Below the pieces are notes generated by a model. That model was not told the DNA's origin. It did not search any database and was given only the letters and a program-made list of their open reading frames with translations. 64,000 bases of DNA. It comes from Asterias rubens. Lineage: Eukaryota. Position 1 is the first letter of the stretch, and each line of letters opens with the position of its first letter. A program made the translations under genes and the position numbers. This document shows, piece by piece, positions 24,101 to 36,324 of this stretch. The stretch is taken from assembly GCF_902459465.1 (NCBI RefSeq), contig NC_047071.1:10726001-10790000 (forward strand), given 5' to 3'.

Positions 24101-27100
24101 ATTTTTCCAACAAAGTTTTCCTTTGCCTCCAAATTTTCTCCGGACAATACATAATCTTTAGCACACTAGGATGCTAGGGAAGACAAATAATATTTAGTAG
24201 TACTATTTTGTTATCATTTTGAAAGCTTTTTCATTTTAATCTAGCCAGTATGACACAATTTTGCCTCCACAAAATTATGGACCTTGACACTAGATCACTT
24301 AGTAAACGGAAAACTGCAAAATTTTGAGTGATATTTGTGTGAAACATTATATTCTACTCCTGAAGCATCTTTCCAACCATGAATAGACCGATCCATTAAG
24401 CTCGGCCCCATTGCGTATTGACCAATCACGACGCAGCGAAGGTCCGACAAATAAGGTCCGACATGCGTGTGCGTATGCTTGGTGCGCACGGCAGAGTTGT
24501 GTAGAAAGGCTTGGAGAACCACACGAGTTCTTGCTATCAGGTGCGTCGTGGACGGAGCTTACTGGATCGGTCTATTCACTTCATAACAAATGCTTCTATA
24601 GCCTAGGGTGCCTCATCCAAAGGCAATGTGTTCCTGTATTAGCTGTAGGGCCTAAACTTTTTTTGAGAATCATCCTGCCAAAAACTGACAATTCAGCTTG
24701 ATTCTTTTCTAGGATTCTTTTCTAAGGATAACAATGAAAAGGCAGCGTTTGTTCAAGCGGCTGGTAAACTTCACGAGAACTACAAATTTTTTTATACTCT
24801 ATCGGAAGCTGTCAGCAAGAATTATGGTTTCTCTGAGTAAGTATAAGATTTGCAATAAACAATGTTCGCTTCAATTCTTAGATAAGAATATCATCTCCAA
24901 TCACTCTGAAACTCTTTAAAAAAAATCTAAATTTCAATTACACTTGCCAGCACCCCAAACATGCCAAAACTCAAAGTCAAATCCCTAAGTTACATTGTTA
25001 AAAATAGTAAAACGCAATACCGACTCTACATTAGTGCAATTAAAAATAATGATCATTATGCTTAAGTTTTATTTGCTCATCAATGTAGATGAGAATTTAA
25101 GTTTAAAAGTATTTAATCACATCACATTGGCTGATGTTCCATGGACTCACTTTTAATGCCATTTCGCTGATTCTGAAAGTGCCTGATTCTGACCTGGGAC
25201 GTCTCAATCCAAGAAACCCAGACGCCAGGCCCACCCCTTTTGTCAAACACAACTGCTATCCAAGAACAGCTTAGATCCTTTCCGTCCAAATGTGCATCCC
25301 TCAAGCCATACGTAAGCACAACCACCACCAGCATTCTCCTGAAGACGAGCAGAGTATACTGTTCGAAACGTTGAGACCAAACCGGCTCTTTTCAGAGCCA
25401 ACACTCCCTCAGAAGAGATTTTCACACATGGTTGTACCGGCAAGTCTACTATTCATATTAATTTTTTATGGTTTGTCTTATTCTCCACACCATGCAAAGC
25501 TTCAAACACCATCTACAACTGCTATCAATCGAGTTGATCTTTGGAATTAATATACTCGTTTTCCTAGTTGTTTTGTTAGCTGTTTTTGTTTATACTTATC
25601 AACTTAAGTCCTTTCTCTCTTACAGTGCCGTAGCCCTTTTCCGACCAAGGTTTCTGAAAAACAAATTTGAAGAGGGCATTCTGCAAATGACGGAAGCCGT
25701 TACCAAGTCCAACATTGAGAAATTCGCCGAAATCAACGGGTGAGTTTAACAACTTCCTGGGATGAACTTGACACCAATAAAGTGTGCCAGTTTTGGCCTA
25801 ATTAATCAATGATTGTATTGAGTTATAGCAAACAAATGAACTGGCTTTTTTTTTTTTTCCCACCATCATCACTTGTCGAGTTCAATAGAACTAGCTGTTA
25901 ATGTATACAAACAGAACCAGCAGAATGCAATCATGGCAGTGTGTGTAGTGACCCAATTCACCTGACATCATCATCCGAATTATCTTGGATGTGCCATATT
26001 GGTGGGCTATGTCACTGTGCGTTATACTGTGAAGTGCGCATTTTAGGCGGTGAGCGTGGCAGAGTCGTCGCGTGTGACATGCGTGCAAGGGGTTGATATC
26101 TGCTTTGAGGTAGATCCAGACAATACTTTGGTAAGGAGAGCGGTTGCATTCTCGCACTCCTTCAAATAATTTTTGGAGAAAAAAAAACAGAATTGTATTC
26201 ACAGTCGGAAGAAAATGAACTATCATTTGCCAGTCAAATCTTTGGATTTGTTACGTGAACATACTGGTCAGAGCTTCATTTGTGCTTATTACACAGCATG
26301 TGCATACACATTCAGATTTCTGGAAAGCATGTTTAAAGGGAAGGTACATCTGATTGGTAATCACTCTTAAATTATTTTCAGTCAAGCTTAGTTGGTTAGA
26401 AGTGCAGAAAATGTAGCTTTGGAAGCATTTTGAGCACTGATTTTGAGATTTATTTCACTTCAAAGTAAGGTACATGTAGTTATGGAAAAATCTATCCTTT
26501 TTTTTAAAATCCCCCGAAATCTGAGAAGCGGTTCTGACTGTAACATATCTTAGATTGTGTTTAATTTTAATTACAAAAACCAAGATTTGTTTTCCCTTTG
26601 ATATGCTTGATAAAAACAACTTTGTATCAGTGTACTTTTTGTAATGATTGCCATCAATTGATTGTCTCTCATTTGAAAACAACAAATAGATTGGGTATGT
26701 GTGGAGTTATGAAAGCTGACAACAAGGATCTGTTCAAAAAGCCTGTCGTCGTAGCTTACTTCCAAGTTGACTATGAGAAGAACCCCAAAGGTATGTTCTG
26801 GTTTAAAATAATAATAATATTTACTACATGATATTTTGTATTGCAGGTTTGCTTTTTTTTAAATATTTTTTTTTACACATTGCATTGCATTCCTAAGAGA
26901 CGGTAGGAAGGTTGACTATGTACTGATATTCACAACATTGTATTCTGTATTGCAGGCTGGCAGAGTATAATTATTCATTACCACTTTAGATTATGTTTAA
27001 TGGTCGGACAGTAGGAGGGTTAACTGTACTGAGTACATACATTTGACCTTTGTTCACAATAAGTGTGACCTTGTGCATTCTTTGGCTAGTCTGGCAGGCA

Positions 27101-30100
27101 AGATACATGTACTACACTGGTCATATGGGAAAGTTGACATTTTGTGTCATAATTTCCACATAAATCCAAGAGTTATGAAAGTAAAAGCAGGACAAGTTTT
27201 GAGATGTGCCCCTTTTCATCACACCAAATGTTGATAAGAATTGGACTGCAATTTCCATAAAATATAAGATTTGATGTTTTCTTCCATTGAGCTGTGTACA
27301 AATCTTGCCTGCAGGAAGTCCAGGCTTGGTGGCCCTGTTGTAAACATGTGATGTCACAGGTCACATCGTCTATATTAGATTTGATTTATTATTCAACATT
27401 TGAGAATATTCACTGTTCAGACAGTAGGAGGAGTAACGTGAGACGTAAATATGTACATAAAGGACCAGATTGCATGGGTATATATTTGCATCTGTAGCCA
27501 TTATTGACTGTTATCCCTGACTGTTATCCCTGTTGTTTTGTTTGCAGGAACCAACTATTTCCGCAATAGGTGAGTCTATTTTTGTTTCACAATTTGTTAT
27601 GTTTACATTGTCTCTGCTTCTCTGCGCCTTAATCATGTTAGTCTCTTGACATTGATTTGGCGCATAATACTTATTAATATTAATATTAATAATAATAATA
27701 AAAAAGAAGCAGGATTATTACAATCCTTTGTTTTCGTATCGACTTTGTGTTATAAAAGAGAGTAACAAAAACTTATACTTTTTTTTGATGAGTTTAATTG
27801 ATATTTTGATCACGTTTGAAGTTTTTTTTTTTTTTTTTTTCTTCTGGATTTTTCTCCTTTTTTGCAGCATGATTTATGATTTCGTCTTCTGAAAAACCTT
27901 TTTCTTTTAGAGTAATGAAGATCGCCAAGAAATACAACGAACTGACGTTTGCGATTGCTTCCAAATCAGAGTTTGCCCGTGAGATGGATGGGTTGGGCTT
28001 CGCGTTTGAATCCGATGCTGTTAATGTGGCTGCCTGGGGACCGGACGGAGACAAGTTCAAGATGGAAGAAGAATTCACGTAAGATGCACAATAGGGCGCT
28101 GTAATTTTTTCCCCACTTCATTAGGAAGTATTTTATGTATGTATTGCAAATTGAGCGCATCCCAAAAAATTAGTTTGACCTTGGAGTCCATCTGGAAGAT
28201 GAGTGGTCAGCCGTACCATAGTGATTTGTTAAGTGATATCACACTTTCCTCAGCAATTAAGATCGATTCCCATTTAAGGTCAATCTTAGCTCTTTGTGAA
28301 ATGAGCCCAGGGGCATGGAAACAAAAGACACAATCGGCGACTAAAGTTTCGTGACTCGTAGTGCGTATACAATGTAAACAAAGCAATCAAGCGAAGCTAG
28401 GTATGCATGGAAAACCATGGCATCTTTTGTTTGCTTCTGCAGGCATGCTTTTTCATGCACACTGTGCTTCGCTTGCTTGGTTTTTGTTCTTGTATGTACC
28501 CACTATGAGTCACTTGGCTCCAATCACCGATTACGGCTATAGGCTCCATAGCCTAAGTAAAGTTTCAGGTCTTACACCAGCCGCCGATTTCACAAAGAGT
28601 TAGGACTCGTCTTATCTCGAGTTAGGACGAAGTAACTCGACCTAACTTAGGATTAATCTTAAGGTCTGCATGCTACACTGCAGGGTTGGGACTCGTCCTA
28701 AAGTCCTAAGATTAGTCTTAAGTTAGGAAGAGTTTTGTGAAATCGACGGCTGGACACAGCGCATCTTGCCTTTTCATTTTCACAAGTTCTTTAATCTTGA
28801 TTCTCTTTCTGTCCCTGCAGTACCGATGGCAAGGCTTTAGATGCATTCGTGGCCAAGTTTGTGGCAGGCGAGATCCCAAACCACTTGAAGAGCGAGCCGA
28901 TACCGGAACCCAATGATGGCCCGGTGAAGGTGGTCGTCGGCAACAACTTCAAAGACATCGTCATGGATGAAACAAAAGACGTCTTGATTGAGTTCTACGC
29001 ACCGTGGTGTGGTCACTGTAAAAACTTGGAGCCAAAATACAATGAGCTTGGAGAGAAGGTCAGAAGGAATTTCAAATCTTGTAGTCAAAATTTCATAGTC
29101 ATGATAAGCCTGGTTCATACTGCGTGTGCAATACGAATTTTGACGTCACAAATTCGCAATGAATAATGTGCTTCAGTTGACATGTGCTCAACTTTTCTGC
29201 AAAACATTCGCTGCAAAAACAGCCACGTGACGTGCAAATTTGTATCGCGCTCACTATCGCAGGAAGTTTGAGCGAGCTTTACTGGTTTAAAGCAGATTGA
29301 TCTCTAACCACTTAATACCTCCCCATTGTGGTTTTCATTGCTAAATAAATTGATGACATCCCAAGAAAACATTTGAAAGTAATGCACCCTCCCCTTAGCT
29401 ATTTTGCCAGCATTACCTTTTATAAAAAAAAAAAAAAGTATTTTTCAGTTGAATTTCTTATCGGTCAGTTTTCAACCCTGTTTAGACTGTTCGTCTTTCC
29501 TTTTTAATTGTCTGAGTACCTGGATATTTCATTGCTCGTGTGTCCTATGATGTGTGTTTTAATTTCTTTTTTGTTCAGTTTTTCAAAAAGCCTTGAGCAA
29601 AAACACGTTACCAGCAAAAATACCATTCAGTTAACCATTGCCGTGACTGTTACCATTGGTCATTTCTTGCTTAGCCAAGAAATTTGCTACGCAGAGTTTT
29701 CTTCTTTACAGCTTTATGAAATTGTGCCCAGTTTTATTTTTGTTCTTACATTTGAGTAACATTATTTCTGCATTTTGTTTTGTTTTCACAGTTGAAGGAT
29801 GTTGAACATGTAACAATTGCTAAGATTGACTCGACCGCCAACGACTCACCTGGGCAGTATGCCGTTTCAGGGTAAGAAACCTACCATCATATCATTGTCA
29901 GTTTTATCCCTTGTAGTTTTGTCGTTGAGCATCATGACTGTCTCATTGTTAACCTTTGCATGATCAGGCCTCAAAATAACCCACAGCTACCACCCACAGC
30001 AATTGCCGTGGTGGCCTTTGCTCTTGCTGCGGTGCCCTCAGCAAGGTTCCAAACAAACTTACATTTTTTCCAATAGAAGTGCCCCTTACATGAGGAAAAT

Positions 30101-30801
30101 TGAGGCCTGCGTGATGGTGCACGTTATTTTTGCATTCATAACAAATAACTTTCTGTCAATAGCCAGAGTGATCAACCAATGGCAAGTTCAACCAGAACAT
30201 TTAGTAGTTGCGACTGTGAAAACGCAGCACTAACACTTAAGCTGAGACATGCCTGTTGGCTGCCTTTTTCCCAACAGTCCAGCAGAGAGATAGTGTGTCA
30301 TGTGAAAGGCTTCCTTAAACATTTCCTAGGACACCAATCTTCTCCATATTTGGGCTTTCGACCCAAATAAACTTTTACCAATGAGTGTTGCCACCTACTT
30401 CTAGGGCAGAAAAAGGGTTACCCCCTTCACAGTCTGTAAGGATGTTGGCATGGGTATCATCCATTAGGAGCCTGAATGGTGGACTTAACCCTAACTTTCT
30501 CAACTTGTTACCTAGCAATTATGGTTAAGTGCCCCGCTCAAGGGCACAAGTGTCATAACCAGGATTCGAATCTCCATTCTGCTACTGTTTTTTGTTTTTA
30601 GAGTGTTATTAACCCCTCATTATGCCTTTGTTTGTGTTTTTCTTTTCCAGGTTCCCCACAATATACTGGGCACCCGCCAATGACAAAAACAACCCTCGCA
30701 AGTATCAAGGAGGCCGCGAGGTCGACGACTTTATAAAATTCATCAAGAAAGAGTCCACAAAGCCCGTCAAGTTAGGCGGCAAGAAACCAGATGAGTTATA
30801 A
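21181..30801 (+). CDS. PDIA3: Protein disulfide-isomerase A3 (ERp57), complete, 485 aa. Exons: 21181-21314, 21889-21976, 23054-23180, 23699-23809, 24713-24836, 25626-25739, 26690-26790, 27548-27569, 27911-28078, 28821-29058, 29792-29871, 30651-30801
   Basis: Twelve GT-AG exons total 1458 nt with consistent phases. Signal peptide [16 protein letters not shown], two WCGHC active sites, ERp57-type motifs ([29 protein letters not shown]), C-terminal PDEL. Confidence 0.96.
24382..24576 (+). mobile_element. AATAGACCGATCCA MITE, copy 3 (PDIA3 intron 4)
   Basis: Both TIRs present; body homologous to 135-316. Confidence 0.8.
28577..28753. mobile_element. 177-bp Harbinger-like MITE (PDIA3 intron 9)
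   Basis: CCAGCCG(C/T)CGATTTCACAAA inverted repeats; internal TTAGGAC/GTCCTAA repeats. Confidence 0.75.
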
Positions 30802-31119
30802 GATTAAAGCTGGGGGCCATTTAGGAAGAAAATGTATTTTATTTTTGGTTCATTGGTGAAACCCTGGATTTTTAAATGTCATACAACGAAACCACCCTTA
30901 TAGAGAGCTGGGGTTCGCTATATTGTTTTTTTGTTCATTTGGGAACGAACCTCGACGGTAGTCAACATTTTTTTCTTTTTAATTTCATGCATGGCAAAGT
31001 AGACTTCTCCAGCTGAAACATTGTGGTGCTTTTGTCAAGGACTGGTTTATCTTGTCGGTTAAAACTTGAAGTTGCTATGCCATGTCCCAAACCATTTGAC
31101 ATAGCAACTGTCTCTACTA

Positions 31120-31358
31120 GAGTGCGTTCGATTAGCTTCCCTGTGTCTATCCGGCAGTGCTCACTCGGGTGAGCTCCTGCAAGAGCTAATCGAACGATCA
31201 CACTCGCCCTGTTGTAATGACGTCATGCCTCAAGTGACCAATTCCACAAGCAGGGCACTGGGAGCTTACCCGCGTGAGCCCCTAGAATAACGTCAAAGCT
31301 GTTCGAACGTTCCGGGGGCAGACCGGGGTCAACCCAGGGAAGCTAAACGAACGCACCC
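31120..31358 (+). mobile_element. ~240-bp MITE; second copy at 51267-51518
   Basis: TIR GTGCGTTCG(A/T)TTAGCTTCCCTG / CAGGGAAGCTAAACGAACGCAC; colinear with the 51267-51518 copy. Confidence 0.8.
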
Positions 31359-32360
31359 ATAGTCTGAGGAATTAAAATGTGAGCTGTTACTTGTGACTAA
31401 GCAATTCATTGTACCAGACTTTATTCATTTCTAAATCGATAATAGCATATTGGGTTTAGTGATGACAATGGTAGAAAAGTCTACTTTTAATCAGAGATTT
31501 TATACATTATTTAAGTCTTGAATAGTTTCGTGGGTGTAGCTGACAACTCGTCTGTTTTTGAACAATGTTTTCAAGCAATGTTTTTGTTTTCGTTTTTCTT
31601 CTAATATTTTGTACTTCAATAGTTAAGATGTAGCATCACCCAAAAAGTTTATGCCTCGTTAAAAGTTTTGGTGGTAAACTTGTATCATTGAATACTTTTC
31701 ATTGGTTAAGAATGTCTTGTTGTATTTAACCTTTTGTATTTACAGGGAACGTGAACATTCATGTCTTATGTGTTCTCGGGTTATTGACCCAATTCGGTTT
31801 CTGTCACCATTGCACAAACCGTGGTTGCGCCATTTTGGGAGTCAGTGTCCCCCTGTGTTAAAGCCTGGTTCATACTTCATGACAGAGAATATAGTTTTTT
31901 TGTCATATTGAGTGTAAAACTGGCGGTGGAGTATTGTAAAAGTTACTCCTCTATTTTTTCTTAAGTAAGGCCTTAAAAAAACACTGCTGTTTTGAAGCGA
32001 AGCTTACTTGGAAATCCTCGATTTTGATATTTAAAAGCTGTAATTTGTTTGAAAACACAGTGAATTATTATCACAACACCAGTCTGAAAAGGCCTAACAT
32101 GAGTTGTTTTCGTTACAAGATGAAAAATGTTGTGTAAAATAATGGAGAAAAAACAACACTCACGACAAAACATGTGCATACAGAGAATAATATATAGAGC
32201 AATTCCATTGCTAGTTTATAAAGTTATCCTGTGTGTAATTTGTAAATTGTAAACTCAACATTTTGTAATGAGAATGTTTGCCCCCTTAGAAGGGCATTGA
32301 ATAAACTCACTATTAATCCCTTTACAAATTTTATAAAAATGAATGAATCTGTTATGGAGG

Positions 32361-33360
32361 TAATAAATAATAATAATAAGACTTGTAATGCGCACATATC
32401 CACCCTGCTGGGTGTTCAAGGCGCAGTAAAACCAAAAAACAAAACAAAAACAATACACAACACAAAGAAAAAACAGACACAACAAAATTAGTCATTGAAA
32501 ACCTGTGACATAAGATAAGTTTTGAGAAGAGACTTGAATTTTGCAGTACAAAGACAAGATCGAAGATTAAGTGGTAGAGAGTTCCAGATGCGTGGCGCGG
32601 CTGAAGAAAAAGACCTGTCACCCCATGAGTGTCGAGACTTGGGTTCAATGAGGAGAAGCATAGAACTTGATCGAAGATTCCTTGATGGAGTGTAAACTTG
32701 AAGCAGTTCAGAAATATAGTGGGGAGCCTTGCCATTAAGAGCTTTGTGGACAATGAGCATCAGCTTGAAGATGATTCGTTGAGAGATAGGGAGCCAGTGT
32801 AGTTGTTTCAGAATGGGGGTGATAGAACACGATTTTCTAGACAGTGTCACAATGCGGGCAGCAGTATTTTGGAGGTAGTCTTGGCTCAAAACGTCAGTGA
32901 TAGATAGTGGATACAAAGAGAACTGTGTTTTCAGTTGAAAGAGCGCCCTATAACGATCTGCAATGAGTGAGCAGTATACTATCCACTATCGATCACCGAC
33001 GCCTTGGGCCAAGACTATCATGAAGGAAGAGTACTGTGGCTGAAATTTGAAAGTTTTGAAGGGCTTCCTGGTGGCAGTTTGGGGTTAAATTCTCGGAACT
33101 TGCAGTAAAATTAGGTCGGGGAGGGGTGGGGGCAACCGTATCCCCTAAACTGTCTCCTGTCTCCTGGAGATTCTGTCTCCGAGAATGGGAAGTTAACATG
33201 GGCTGGGGAAGTTGGATTCAAAAGAGGGCGCTATCAAAAGTAGTTTGTACACGGTTCTCCATTGGTGGACAGAATCCACTGCCGCGCCGAGCTGCATCTA
33301 ACTACTGGCATGTACTGGGTCACTTGCAAACAGTCGGAAATGCTGCTGTGAGATAACCAC
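32361..33360 (-). mobile_element. L2-clade LINE, 3' end plus internally deleted upstream remnants
   Basis: ORF 32916-32488 reads LQNTAARIVT...ITPILKQLHWLPI..RI.FKL...KALNGKAPHYISELL...WGDRSFSSAAPRIWNSLP...FKSLLKTYL, followed by a GCGCCTTGA...GCGCATTACAAG(TAT)n tail. The upstream part is degenerate. Confidence 0.85.
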
Positions 33361-33525
33361 CAGGTACAAAAAAAAATACATGTTGTCGCATCTCTCTCCC
33401 ATCCCATCCTACACAATTATATACATGTACTGGCTATTCAGAATTCAATACAAGATCAACCTCCTGACATTCAAAGCACTTCATAGTTCAGCCTTTTGAT
33501 ATACATGTACTACATAACATGTCCA

Positions 33526-33915
33526 TTAAAGGCAGTGGACACTATTGGTAGTTACTCAAAATAATTGTTAGCATAAAACCTTACTTGGTAACGAGTAATG
33601 GGGAGAGGTTGGTGGTACAAAACATTGTAAGAAACAGCTCCCTCTGAAGTGCCATAGTTTTTGAGAAAGAAGTAACTTTCCACGAACTTGATTTCGAGAC
33701 CTCAGGTTTAGAACTTGAGGTCTCGAAATCAACCATCTAATAAACGCACACAACTTCGTGTGGCAATGGTGCTTTCTTCTTTCATTATTATCTCGCAACT
33801 TTGATGACCAATTGAGCTCAAATTTTCTCGGGTTAGTTATTTTATGCATATGTTGACATACACCAACTGTGAAGGCTAGTCTTTGACAATTACCAATAGT
33901 GTCCAGTGCCTTTAA
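33526..33915 (+). mobile_element. Kolobok-type ~390-bp MITE, full-length. About 19 full or partial copies in the window
   Basis: TTAA|AGGCAGTGGACACTATTGGTA...TACCAATAGTGTCCAGTGCCT|TTAA. A TTAA target with AGG...CCT termini is the Kolobok pattern (piggyBac ends start CC/CA). Other copies near 15054, 18750, 37575, 39367, 47615, 48475, 52611, 53540, 54094, 56955, 58390, 59646, 62200, 63840. Confidence 0.85.
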
Positions 33916-35125
33916 CCCTCAAGTCCCTGCACCGCCCGAGTTTGCCGGAAAAGTAATTAGTTTTAAAGATTCTTGTAGTAAATTACTAGACTCGTGGTTC
34001 AAATTGGTAAAAAGTAAACGCCGCTACGGCTACCGGTAATTAATATGGCAATTATTTTTGTATGAAAACGTTGAAATGAACACGAGCTTCTCAAGGCTCA
34101 ATGCTCGTACTGATTAATTGCTAATAAGCCATTAGTTTACGACAATTATCGTCATGATGAAAGACAATGATTTTTTTTTTTTTTTTACAAACGAGCGTTT
34201 TGTTGCCAAAATGAGCTAAATGATAATTATTTGAATCATCATTATCGTCGACATTTTACAAGTCAACTGTGAAAGGTGGGAGGGGGCGGGGGAATAAATA
34301 ATGACATATAAACGGATGGATTGAACAATGCGTGCTAAATGACTGTCAAGTTTTATTTGGATGTTAAATTATTATTTGTTGTCTCCGAACATAACTAGCG
34401 AGGTTTCCTCCAACCGCATGTTCAGTGTATTGCTTTATATAGGCGGATGAGGCATTTTTAATTGAGCTTTATGATAAAGGAGAGCAAAACATGGGGGACA
34501 TTATAGGAGTCCATGGGAGTCCATGGTGTTTTGTACACCCGAGGGTGGAAATGGCCTCAAAGCCTAGGTCATTGGTGCACTTGCCCTGATGAGGTTGAAA
34601 AACACGGACCCCATCACAGAGTGTGCAACAATTTTTTTTAAATACATCATGGTTACTTATAGATTCCTCTTTGAAGGCGACCCAATGTCATCTTCCAATA
34701 CAACATTACGACAAAATTGGCAAAAGATTATTTAATAATGAAAATGACGTATATATTATGTCGTTGAAACAAAACCAAATATTGCGTCGCTGGACTGTGT
34801 GAAACTGAAAGTTAATACTAATTGGCGGGTTTAAACTGTCATAGCCCAGCGGTGAAGAGAACATGACTCAATTACAACTTTGTCCTTTCAGATGAGACAA
34901 GCCATTTAGGTCCCTTTATCTATCTAGAATTAAATAGTAAAATTGTTTAGATTTCCTCTGAATTGCGACTTTTATTAAGTTGACAAATGGGTATCCTTGG
35001 TTACCGGAAATATAGACTACAAAAATAGTTACTCCATTTACTCTAAAAAACACATATAGTGACAAAATAATAATTTCCGGCTGGCCGTTTGATCAATTCT
35101 GTAATTTTAGTTCACGTTATTAAGC

Positions 35126-35903
35126 TTAAAAGAACACGTTGCCTTGGACCGGTCGAGTTGGTCTTCAAAAAGCGTTTGAAACCGTTTGTCATGAAATGCA
35201 TTTGGTTGTCAAAGATGTCTAAAAGTAGAATATAATGATCCACATAAGTATCACTAAAAAATGCACGGTTTTCATTTTACGTCGCGAACTAACCCGGTCG
35301 GCCATTTATGGGAGTCAAAATTTTGACTCCCATAAATGGCCGACCGTGTTAGTCGACGAGGTAAAAAGAAAACCACGCAATTTCGAGGCATGTTTGTGTG
35401 GATCATTGTTTTCTACTTTTACAACATCTTTCGAACCATAACGATTTTATAACAAACGGTTACAGAACGCTTTTCAAGGACCAACTCGACCGATCCAGGG
35501 CAACGTGTTCCTAAGAACACGTTGCCTTGGACCGGTCGAGTTGGTCTTTGAAAAGCATTTTTAACCGTTTGTTATAAAATGCATTTGGTTGGAAAGATGT
35601 TTTAAAGGCAAAATACAATTATCCACACAAATATGCCTCGAACTTGCCTGGTTTTCCTTTTACCTCGTTGACTTAAACGGCCGGCCATTTAATTATGGGA
35701 GACAAATTTTCCACTCCCATAAATGGCCTACCGTGTTAGTTTGCAAAGCAAAAGGAAAACCATGCAATTTTGAGGCATATTTGTGTGGATAATTGTATTC
35801 TACTTTTAACACCTCTTTCCAACCATATGCATTTTATTACAAACGGGTACAAACGCTTTTTATTAGACAAACTCGTCCAATCCAAGGCAACGTGTTCCTT
35901 TAA
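35126..35903. mobile_element. Tandem dimer of a second, fully fold-back TTAA-flanked MITE (35126-35512 and 35513-35903)
   Basis: TIR A(A/G)GAACACGTTGCCTTGGA on each unit, TTAA at the outer ends. The centre of unit 1 is a perfect 52-bp palindrome (35295-35346). Confidence 0.85.
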
Positions 35904-36324
35904 GGTAGGCCTACAAATTATTAATCCAAAGACGTATACACAGGGCGCTAGCCGAAGAAGGCACCCTAGTGGACACATTAAACTTTCAGCCAATAAAAAA
36001 ACCTTTAATCAAGGCCTTCGTTGTGTAAACAGCGACTGGAATGGGAGACCACACGCACGGGTTGAGTGCCGAAGCTTCGCCACTCGCGTGCGTGGTCTCC
36101 TGTTCCAGTCGTTTGGGCTCGCGGCTCTCCAAGCCACGATGTTCTTGACAAAAGGCCTCAAATGAAATGGCTTTCTTTGAAGTCAGTGAGGGCGCTGTCG
36201 GAGCTCGTGACGTTGGGGAACGGTTTCAGAATGTTTTGCTTTAGACACCATTGACTCTTGGTGTAGGCCTAAGGCAAGTTCGATTCGTCATTAACGGGCC
36301 AACTTGTCTTTGTCTTAGATAATA

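Noticed and set aside
25891-26226. 111-aa minus-strand ORF and a C-box-like ATGATGA in PDIA3 intron 6
   Set aside because: Antisense to the host gene, no convincing D box or terminal stem, no protein motif.
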